Shown: positions 55,604 through 64,000 of the stretch, piece by piece
Numbering within the stretch: the stretch's first letter is position 1
Layout of the letters: each line of letters opens with the position of its first letter
NCBI GenBank assembly: GCA_023205875.1
Contig: CP060763.1
Location: forward strand, 124,001 to 188,000
Length of the DNA stretch: 64,000 nucleotides
Source of the DNA: Chloropicon primus
Lineage: Eukaryota
Direction of reading: 5' to 3'
Translations under genes and position numbers: made by a program
Notes under the pieces: generated by a model
What the model was told of the DNA's origin: nothing
Databases searched by the model: none
Seen by the model: the letters and a program-made list of their open reading frames with translations, nothing else

Positions 55604-55988
55604 GATTGACGTCGTGCTGCATCAATGCACCAAATCCAATCAACCCAATCAATCAATCAATCCAGTGAGAAACCGAAGTGGACCTACCTCGAAGATGAGA
55701 CGTGTGAGGTATCGATGGAAAGCTCTTGAGATGCTCCAGCCCTTCTTGCGGTCCCCTTGAACCCTCGCCTCTCGACCCAATCACGGAATCGACCGGAGCA
55801 AACAAACTGTTTGATCCCATTCCCAAACACACTCGGTGATGATGATGATGTTGTTGTGAAGTTGATCCGAAACCGTTCTCGTCGAGTGAGTGGTTGTTAG
55901 GAAGCTCACGAGACGCTGTATCTCATCGACGAGGCCTCCTCCCCTCCCCACCCCCCTTCCGTCCTCCTCCTTGGCAAAGAGAAGGGAG

Positions 55989-55989
<1 letters not shown>

Positions 55990-56036
<47 letters not shown>

Positions 56037-56038
56037 TA

Positions 56039-56100
<62 letters not shown>
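55990..56100. repeat. (CT)n microsatellite with CTAT interruptions
   Basis: About 110 bp, directly visible. Confidence 0.95.
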
Positions 56101-56647
56101 GTCGTCGAGTGAGGAAAGTGTCCTCATAATGAAGGTCTTTCCTCCTTCCTCCTTCCAGGGCATCGCATCGCATCGTGAATGGACCACCGCCAAGGGATAA
56201 GCTCCTCCTTCCTCCCGGTGCTTCATCTTGTCGACCAGGAGTGCTGCAGCGCAATCAATTGGATACTCAACAACCATCACCAACACCATCACATCACCAA
56301 CACCAACACCAACACCATCAGCATCATCAGCATCGTACTGAGGATACCTCCCTTTTGACCCAGGCGCTTGAGCATCGAGGGCAGGGCATCACCATTGCTT
56401 GGTATTAGCTCCTCATTCGGTGCTGGTGCATCTTGCGTTTGTTTGTTTGTGGACCAGGAGTGCTGCTGCTCCAACATCGTCCCACTACTGCAGCATCCTT
56501 CATCCTCATCCTCATCCTCATCATCAGCTTGCTGGAGGACACGGGAGAAGGCACTCGGACCAGAACAGAGCATCACCATCATTACTTAGTGGTTGGCCAG
56601 CTTCTTTGCTCCCAGCAGTCTCACCTCGCTTGACTTGACTTGACTTG

Positions 56648-57175
56648 ATGGGAAGGCCACTGGATGGAGGTGCCTCCCTGGATGGGGCCAGGATGACGGC
56701 AGGGCAGAGGTTGAGGCACAGCGATTGCATCACTCAAGGTATCCGTGTGAAAGTTAGATCGTACTACGTGCCGAGTCATTCGTCACCCAGCTTGTCTCAA
56801 TTCTTCTTCGCGTACGATGTCAGCATCAGCAACGAGAGCGACAAGACCGTCCAGGTGAGGAGCAGGCACTGGATCATCACCAATGGACAGGGAAGGGTGG
56901 AGGAGGTCAAGGGGCCAGGGGTTGTGGGGGAGCAGCCCATTCTGAGGCCAGGAGAATCCTTCGAGTACACATCGGCTTGCCCGCTGCAGACGAGTTACGG
57001 CACGATGGAGGGGTCTTATGAGACGGCCGTCTTCGACAGGGACGACGGCAACTTGAATGCAGCAGCAGCAGTGCGGAGTGTCCTGTCTCCTCCGCCGAGC
57101 ATCAACGTCAAGATCGGGAGGTTTGCGCTGAATGCGGTGAGGGAGCAGTCCAGCCTCGCGGAGTGCGAGGTTTAA
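56648..57175 (+). CDS. ApaG/DUF525 domain protein
   Basis: FFFAYDVSISN, SRHWIITNG, VKGPGVVGEQP, FEYTSACPL..GTMEG; an upstream exon is possible. Confidence 0.88.
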   Translation: MGRPLDGGASLDGARMTAGQRLRHSDCITQGIRVKVRSYYVPSHSSPSLSQFFFAYDVSISNESDKTVQVRSRHWIITNGQGRVEEVKGPGVVGEQPILRPGESFEYTSACPLQTSYGTMEGSYETAVFDRDDGNLNAAAAVRSVLSPPPSINVKIGRFALNAVREQSSLAECEV

Positions 57176-57231
57176 GTAAGCTGCTGTGGCCACCAAAGGA
57201 GTTTTGAATTAAAAAAACGATCTCTCTCGTT

Positions 57232-58923
57232 TTATAGCACGGAGGACAGGGTTTCATTGATCTTGCCGATGACGTTGACGGGCCGGTTGTCGTACTGCTT
57301 GGAGATCGCTTGCTCCACGGAGCGCTTCAGGAGCTTGGTGTGGTCCACAAGGGCCTTGAGCTTCGGCCTGAGGCCCAGGGACTCCCTCTGCAGGCCCTCT
57401 CTCCTCTTCTCCACCGCTCGGATCATCTCGAGGTACTTGCCCTCCTGGCTCTGCTTCTGCTTCAGGGTCCTCATGATCTTCTCCCTTGTCCGAGAATTCC
57501 TCAAGGAATCGAGCCTCTCCACCTCCTGGCAAGTCAGCTGCCCGGCGATGGAGCCCACCGAGCTCAACAGTTCCTTTGTGTCCACGGAGTCCGCGTCCCT
57601 CCAGAAACCGCTCTGCGACTCCCCCTCCGCCAAACGCTGGCCCAGGAAAGCGCTCAGCTCCCACAGGTCGTCAAGGATTCTCTGCTTGAAGCCGTGGCAG
57701 CAAAGCTTGGACACGTCCCCGTCGACCACGCCCTCCAGCCCCTCCTCCTCCTCCGACGAAGAAGAAGTGGCGTCGGCGTTCACAGCCTCGATTGCCCCTG
57801 CACCCGAGGCCCCGACGTCAATGTCCCAACTCAGCGTGGGCTCTCCCTCTCCCCCTTCCTCGGCCCCGCCCGTCACGTCGATGTCCCAGCTCAGCGTGGG
57901 CTCCTCCTCCTCCGCGGCAGCGTCTCCGATGTCCCAGCTCAGCGTGGGCTCGCCGCTCTCGCCGTTTCCCGGAGCGTCATCCAAGCCCACGATGGCCACT
58001 GCCGCATCAGGAGAGGCGCTCCTTCCGTCCGACGGAAGGACGCTCTCGTAGGCCAACCGCAGCGTCATCTCTTCCCGCGCTCCGCTCAGGAGCTCATCCA
58101 GTGCCTTGAGCGCATCGTCCTCGCCGCCTTGGCCGCTGCTGGACACCTGATCCCTCACAAACTCGGTGAAGGACCGGTAATACTTGATGGCGTCCTGAAC
58201 CTTGCCAGACTTGATCTCCTTGACGCACTTGTCCAACTCCACCGGAAGGCCGCGCAAGTTCTTGCACAGCGCAGCGTCGTCACCCTTCTCCACATCGACG
58301 GGGTCCACACTCCACTCCCTGCAAGCGTCTCTGAAGTTTGAAGCACATGCCTCCATGCTCTTGGCGTACTCCCTCTGCCTCCTCTCCGTGTCATCGACCT
58401 GGGCATAGATCCTGTCCAGCTTGGTTTGCAGCGAAGGGATCTCATAGTCAGTCGCTCTCACCAGAAACTGCGCCGTCTCGACAAGACTCAAGCCATCCCT
58501 GTCATACAACTTGAGGAGCTTGTGGAGGTCACCCGCCAACCCCGATGGACCACCGAAGATCCCTGCCGTCGTCGTCCCCTCCTCCAACAACTTGCTCTTG
58601 AGCTCACAAAGTACGTGGTAACCATTCGGTACGACGGTCTCGTCAGGGAGGTCACCCCTGAGCGTTACGAGGATCTCCTCCGCCAAACGCCTCTCGCCGT
58701 CGAGCTCCTTGTCTTCTTCCTTGTGGTTCGTCGTGTCCAAAGCATGACGAAGTTTGTTGTGCAAAGTCTTCAAACGTTTCCTCCAATCTTGTGGCACCTT
58801 GTTCCGATCGACAAGCCAGTCGATGAGCTTGTCGTAGTGCAAGTCGATCGGAAGGAGGTGGTCTCCTCCTCCGACGACGAGCGGATCCGCCCCGCCTCCG
58901 ACGCTCTCCACCTCGTTCGCCAT
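57232..58923 (-). CDS. CDK5RAP3: CDK5RAP3/C53 (UFMylation-linked ER-phagy receptor)
   Basis: LPIDLHYDKLIDWLVDR..VPQDW, LVETAQFL...YEIP, acidic disordered region with SWD motifs, LSAFLGQR, RPVNVIG.IN. Confidence 0.9.
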   Translation of the reverse strand: MANEVESVGGGADPLVVGGGDHLLPIDLHYDKLIDWLVDRNKVPQDWRKRLKTLHNKLRHALDTTNHKEEDKELDGERRLAEEILVTLRGDLPDETVVPNGYHVLCELKSKLLEEGTTTAGIFGGPSGLAGDLHKLLKLYDRDGLSLVETAQFLVRATDYEIPSLQTKLDRIYAQVDDTERRQREYAKSMEACASNFRDACREWSVDPVDVEKGDDAALCKNLRGLPVELDKCVKEIKSGKVQDAIKYYRSFTEFVRDQVSSSGQGGEDDALKALDELLSGAREEMTLRLAYESVLPSDGRSASPDAAVAIVGLDDAPGNGESGEPTLSWDIGDAAAEEEEPTLSWDIDVTGGAEEGGEGEPTLSWDIDVGASGAGAIEAVNADATSSSSEEEEGLEGVVDGDVSKLCCHGFKQRILDDLWELSAFLGQRLAEGESQSGFWRDADSVDTKELLSSVGSIAGQLTCQEVERLDSLRNSRTREKIMRTLKQKQSQEGKYLEMIRAVEKRREGLQRESLGLRPKLKALVDHTKLLKRSVEQAISKQYDNRPVNVIGKINETLSSVL

Positions 58924-59600
58924 CGCCTCGCTACTTCTTGAGAGGAGAGGGGAGGAGAGGAAGGGGAGTAATGATGGGGGTGATGATGGGGGTGATGATG
59001 ACGGGGAAGGAGGAGGATGGTGGCGGAAGGTGGAAGGACAATGAATTCGTGCTCCTCTCCCTCTTTCCGTAGAACTCTCCCTTGATGGGGTAACCGGGAA
59101 AGAAGGTCATGGATCATCACTGATCAGGCCAAGGGGAGGAGGAGGAGGGGAGGGGAGGTGATCAAGGGGAGGAGAGGAGAGGGGAATGGGGAATGGACAT
59201 CAGGGAAAAAGGGGGTGTGATGATGGAGAGAGAGAGAGAGAGATCAGAGAGAGAGGAAGGACCGTATCACAAAAGGTAACGCACAAGAAACTGCAACAAA
59301 AGAATGAGAATGTTGATGATCAATGAATTAGTGTCTTGGTTGGGGATCCGTTTCTAGTCTCCTTGCTTGAGCATTCTATCTTCTCGGCGTTCGTCTGTAA
59401 AACATATGCATTCTAATGGTGGCTACCACGTCCATTGTGGCATATCTTAACTTGGCTTCCGGGAGAGGCCATAGCCTCCAATTGCTCGTCCGGTTATTTG
59501 CTACAGCTGGCTCATCCAAGAGCATCTAGGCAACAGGAGGAGCACCACCTCACCAGCCCGCTCCCTCGATCAAGCGCATCGTTGATCTGGGTCCCTTGGC

Positions 59601-61203
59601 CTAATCGTACTGCCGCCTGTCGGGAAGGTCGGGCATCAAGCTCGGCACACCGACGAGAATGATCGTTGAAGCGACGATCACGATGACGATCATAACAGCC
59701 AACGATACCATATCGATAATAAAGGGGGCTTTTTGCGATCTCTTTCTCTTCAACACTCTCATGGCAATGCTCATGCTCTCTGGCAAGCCGTCCTCGCTCT
59801 TCGGGGAGGCCATGCCCTCTACCTCTTCCCCGTCCTTGATCGACTTCATCAGCTTGTCCTCCCTGGCTTTCATCGTTGCCTCGAGAGCAAAGACTACAAT
59901 GGATTCGGGAACTCCGAAAGAGACGACGAGGTAGCAGACCAAGATCAGCTCGGTGACCGCCGTGGGATAGCTGGACTTGGGAAGCTGGTCGTTCACCACG
60001 AACTGCAAGGCAGTTAGTGCGAGGAACAGCGTCACATTCAGTCCAATCCTGCTGTCCAGGCTCGACGGAGGGATGATGTAGGTGATGAAAGAGAGTGACA
60101 CCAGCAGCAAGACGGGCACTATCATGTTCAGGACGTAGTACTTGGAGAAGCGGTCTACTCCGATGAAGATGTCGAAACTGACGCGCTCTGCCTGGCCCAG
60201 ATAGCCGGATCTTTAGGTTTTAGAAAGAAAGAAAGAAAAGGAGGGTCAGTTCTGCTGCTCACTCTCATCATCACGATCAGGGGAGAGAGAGAGAGGAGAG
60301 AGAGAGAGAGACAGTAAATACGTACCTCGCTGGCCCGCCCGTTATCTTCACCGGATCATTTGGATTGGATTTCGTCCCATACCCACCGATGAAAAAGTCC
60401 AACTCGTCCTGAAGCGACTCCTTCTTGGCTACAATCTTGATCCCAGCGACCTCAAACCCGCTCAGCGCGTCGCCTTCGCCTCGGATCAAGAAACGGGTAG
60501 AGGTGGCAGACGGAATAAAACGTTTGATGGCTGGATTCACCTCTGGCGTAAAGGAGAACTGCATGTCAAGCTCCTGGTGGTCGAAGGGAAAGCGGCGAAA
60601 ATCCATGGGCGTAAAGTACTTCCCGTGGATGCCCACCCACCAGGCCACCCCAGAGCTTCCCTCGTCCTTTATGATCCCATACGGTTGGAGGCGACCCTCC
60701 GGAAGCTCGTAGACGTTGAGCATCTCAATGGTAGGAAGCCAGATGGTCGAGCAGCACGTGTCATGGTGATGATAGCCGGTACCCCGACGGCTCAGGCTGC
60801 CCTGGGAATCAGAGGAGCAAGGCCTCTCACACTCCTCCAACGTGCCGTTCCTGTACGAGTCCGTCGCATCAATCATCTGCTGGTACGCGCGCTCATCCTC
60901 CCACGAGAGGTATACGTAGACGATATTTTCAAATAAGTAGTTCTTGTCGTCGACTTCCAGCAAGCGTTCCATCATCGCGGAGACATATACCTCCACCGGT
61001 TCTTCCGGCTCATCGCCCTGGCCCGTGAACGGCAGCGACATTTGCGCTTCCAACGGACGCAGCGTTCCGAGGAAGAGGATGACGGCGAGGGTGAAGCCCG
61101 TCGCACCTCCCCCTCCTCCATCTCTTCGTCGTCCCCTCCCTCCCTTCCTCTTCCTCATCCTCTTCCCTCCACCTCCTTCTCTTCGTCCACCGCTCTCCGC
61201 CAT
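59601..61203 (-). CDS. Pentameric ligand-gated ion channel subunit (Cys-less, Pro-loop type), 2 exons
   Basis: Signal peptide; LSWEDER, IWLP, MDFRRFPFDHQ; intron 60325-60211 joins in frame to RFSKYYVLNMIVP (M1), SRIGLNVTLFLAL (M2), LPKSSY, M3 and M4. Confidence 0.88.
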
Positions 61204-61350
61204 CGTAACGCCCGAATGAAGAGAGGAAAGGGAGTGAGGCGGCGAAGAGAAGAGGAAAGGCCCAATCATCATCTTTGGTCTGTCTTTCTGTGAGGTGCTT
61301 CATTAACCTTAATTCATATTTAACAACAACCTCGAGACATGCTTGTGCGC

Positions 61351-64000
61351 TCAGCATACGGCATTCCAAAAGGTTTTGGGGACGTGGTTGAAGGCAGACC
61401 TCTCCAAGGTCCTGTCCAGAAAGGACTTTGCGTGGTGAGCCCCATGATCCTCGAGCTGCTTGGCCCACGCCCTGAGCTGCATGTAGAGCTCGCTTCCGGT
61501 CGAGCCCTCTGAAATCTCGTTGCTCACCCTCATTCTCACACGGTTGGCGACCTGCGTCGGGGTGCCCTGCAAGAGAGTCTCCTCAAAGGGCTTGGCGTTG
61601 ACAGTGGACGACCCGAACGTGGACCCGAACATGGCGTCGTCTTCCCTCGACTCCTGGATGCGCTCCTGGGCAAGGTACTTTGCTCCATCGAGGCCGAGGG
61701 CCTCGGCCACCCTGGCGCTGCTCAGGCCATCAATGCTGTTGGTGAGACGGGAGACGAGGGGCATGATCTGCTGGGAGAGGTAGTAAGCGACGTCAGGCTT
61801 CCTTTCCCCCTCCTTCATCTCGTCCAAGCCGTATGCCCTCTCGGCCAAAGCTCCCCCCTCCCCCTCCTCGCTGGTGCTGATGACGTAGGGGACCGTCTCC
61901 CCCGCGCCCGTTCCCTCCCTGTGCCCCTTGGCTTTCCTCCTCAAGGCGACTTGCACGTGGGGCTGGGACTTGGCATCCGGGTACGCGGAGGGGTCCTTGG
62001 TGAGCTGCTTGGTGATCGCGTACTTGCCGATCCCAAGCTTTCCGTTTCTCACGGCATCGCCGAGCTCCTTGAGCTTTCCAAGGACGGTTTCCACCATGTC
62101 CTCCTGGTCCTTCTCCCCCAAGATGGTGTCCAGGACGGAGCGGCCAATGTCCTTGGCCAGGAGACTCCAGTCCCTCCTGACCAGGTCGAGGCCCTTGAGC
62201 TCAACCACGCGCTGGCCGCCTTCCACCTTCACCGCGGCGTACTTCTTCTTCTTGAGGAGGAGCAGCTTCACGAAGACGGCGTCGATCTCGATCTCCAGGA
62301 GCTTGTAACGCTTGTTCACCGCGAGCCTCAGCTGCCTTCCGATCTTGAGAGCGTCCTCCAGCATGGAGACCTTGGTGTCGATGAAGATGGAATCGGTGTC
62401 CCCGTAGACCACTTCGACGCCGACCTCCTCCTCGGCCACCCTCGCCGTCTGCTGCAAGATCTCCCTGCCCTGGAAAGTGACCAGCTCAGCCAAGGGCCTC
62501 GCGCAGAATCTCGACTGGGAGAATCCCAGGCAGCCGTACATGGAGTTCGCGGTCAGCTTCAAGGCCTGCTGCCTGATGTCCAGCTGCTGCTTCTTCCCCA
62601 CATCAGTCTCCTGCTTCAAGAGCTTCTTGACTTCCCTCCTGCGCTGCACGAGGCCGGAGATCACCGCCGGGAGCACCGCGCCCTCCAGAGCCCCTTCGTC
62701 GGGGAGCTTTGCCATCTCTCCCTCATTCGGCCTCTCCACGGTCGTCCAGCAGATGCCGAATTCCTGAATGATGCTCGGGTACAAGGAATTGAAATCCAAC
62801 ATCATCACAATGTCGTCGTACAGGCCAGACTTGGGGTCCAGGACCAGGCCTCCCGCGTACTTGGCCTTCTTGTCCTTCGCCCCCTGGTCCTTTTGCTGCC
62901 ACTGCTTGTCCGGAACCATGAACTTCCTGCCGTGGAACTCGTGGAGCAAAAGGTACTCGATCCTCTGAGCCCTTCCCCCCCTGAGCACTTTGGTCCACTG
63001 GAAACCGCTCAGGTTGGTCAGCTGCCTCGTCAACGGAAGGACGGAGAGGTGGAACATGAGCCCGAGGGAGAGCCAGGCGTCCTGCTCGGCCAGGGTCACG
63101 AGCTGGAAGAGATCCTTGGACGAGTAGAACACGGAGCTCATGTCCATGGAGGAGCTCATCTCGACCTTGGTCTCCCCCAGCAACTCGCGAGACAGGGCCT
63201 TGAGAGAGTAATCGGACTGCCGGACGAACTCCCTCGCGGACAAGTACGTATCGCAGACCAACCTTCCCGTGCTTATCGTGGATCCAACCAGGGTGTTGCC
63301 AAAGCTCGACGATTTCTTCTTGTCCACTCCATAAGGCAGGCTGGAGCGCTTCATCCTTCCCACCCTGCTCCAGTGGGGGACTTTGAGGTGTATCATCCTC
63401 GCGTAGAGCACGTCGAGGTCGAAGGCAAGGACGTTATGCCCCACGAGGACATCGGGGTCCAGCGCCCTGAGCCTGGCCACCACGTTGCACAGCAGAGCTC
63501 TCTCGGAGTTGAAGTGGGAGATGATGCTGTTGCCATTCAGCTTGCCGACCTTCGAGGCGTTCCTCTGCTGGCACTCCTTCTCGAAACCGACGGGGAAGGG
63601 CTGGCCGTCCAGCCTTCTCACGCAGCTGAAATGCCTGAGCTGCTTCAGGGTGTTCCACTGGTCCTTTGGCGTCGGCAAGTCGGTTTGGACCTGCTTGATG
63701 TACATCACCGTGCAGGAGATGATCTCGGGCGTGGTCTGGTTTGGCGCGACGTGCGTCTTGAGGTTCACGGCGGCCACCGTCAGAGGTGGGTGGCTGACAG
63801 ACCCCTCACTGACAGAGACAAGCTTGGGGGACTCGACCTGGTACTCCTGCTTGCACCAGGTGATCTGGCTCTCCTGCGGCACTCTGGTCGGGTTGCTGAC
63901 CTTGAGCCACCCGGGACCTTTGAGCTTCCTCTTCAGAATGAGGTGCTCGGAGGTGGAAGTCCTCGCTCCGAACATTCCGCAAAAGAATTCCCCGCACTGA
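61351..64000 (-). CDS. POLA1: DNA polymerase alpha catalytic subunit (3' part; gene continues beyond the window)
   Basis: KGPGWL, YAGGLVL, DFNSLYPSIIQE, KLTANSMYGCLG, YGDTDS, KKKYAA, KGLDLVRRDW, QPHVQVA, YYLSQQI.P. Confidence 0.95.
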   Translation of the reverse strand, partial: QCGEFFCGMFGARTSTSEHLILKRKLKGPGWLKVSNPTRVPQESQITWCKQEYQVESPKLVSVSEGSVSHPPLTVAAVNLKTHVAPNQTTPEIISCTVMYIKQVQTDLPTPKDQWNTLKQLRHFSCVRRLDGQPFPVGFEKECQQRNASKVGKLNGNSIISHFNSERALLCNVVARLRALDPDVLVGHNVLAFDLDVLYARMIHLKVPHWSRVGRMKRSSLPYGVDKKKSSSFGNTLVGSTISTGRLVCDTYLSAREFVRQSDYSLKALSRELLGETKVEMSSSMDMSSVFYSSKDLFQLVTLAEQDAWLSLGLMFHLSVLPLTRQLTNLSGFQWTKVLRGGRAQRIEYLLLHEFHGRKFMVPDKQWQQKDQGAKDKKAKYAGGLVLDPKSGLYDDIVMMLDFNSLYPSIIQEFGICWTTVERPNEGEMAKLPDEGALEGAVLPAVISGLVQRRREVKKLLKQETDVGKKQQLDIRQQALKLTANSMYGCLGFSQSRFCARPLAELVTFQGREILQQTARVAEEEVGVEVVYGDTDSIFIDTKVSMLEDALKIGRQLRLAVNKRYKLLEIEIDAVFVKLLLLKKKKYAAVKVEGGQRVVELKGLDLVRRDWSLLAKDIGRSVLDTILGEKDQEDMVETVLGKLKELGDAVRNGKLGIGKYAITKQLTKDPSAYPDAKSQPHVQVALRRKAKGHREGTGAGETVPYVISTSEEGEGGALAERAYGLDEMKEGERKPDVAYYLSQQIMPLVSRLTNSIDGLSSARVAEALGLDGAKYLAQERIQESREDDAMFGSTFGSSTVNAKPFEETLLQGTPTQVANRVRMRVSNEISEGSTGSELYMQLRAWAKQLEDHGAHHAKSFLDRTLERSAFNHVPKTFWNAVC

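Noticed and set aside
59280..59600. Stop-codon readthrough or SECIS downstream of the channel gene
   Set aside because: All minus-strand frames close quickly, the stop is TAG, and no convincing SECIS core is seen.

Overview
Gene-dense eukaryotic nuclear DNA from a photosynthetic green alga. Evidence: short GT-AG introns often filled with CT/GT microsatellites, PsbP, DUF1499, pGlcT and MUT9-type genes, and a DPPCPWD ankyrin-like family. The overall style suggests a compact picoplanktonic chlorophyte such as Chloropicon (inference, not verified). About 30 protein-coding genes are present, including PPAT, ArgJ, CPSF160, a SAC3/GANP protein, a TPR-PRMT, an alpha-glucan phosphorylase, MUT9-like kinase, C53/CDK5RAP3, a Cys-less pentameric ligand-gated channel and the 3' part of DNA polymerase alpha. 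No rRNA, tRNA, CRISPR array or transposase was recognised. The most striking unexplained signal is non-coding: a degenerate ~35-60 bp element (about TTCTTTCGAGCGAGGGCTCGTTCGAAAGAKCWCGAGA) found by eye about 30 times. It sits near gene starts, repeats at 171-186 bp spacing and points inward from both sides of divergent promoters across a ~245-275 bp gap, which suggests a DNA-encoded nucleosome-phasing or promoter code. Other highlights: an F-box-like plus ankyrin-like repeat cluster with two hypervariable residues per 29-aa repeat and 0 versus 10 repeats between neighbouring paralogs; a Pol alpha C-terminal domain lacking both Cys4 metal sites; and a protein closely resembling fungal Nst1. All calls come from reading the sequence; no database searches were run.
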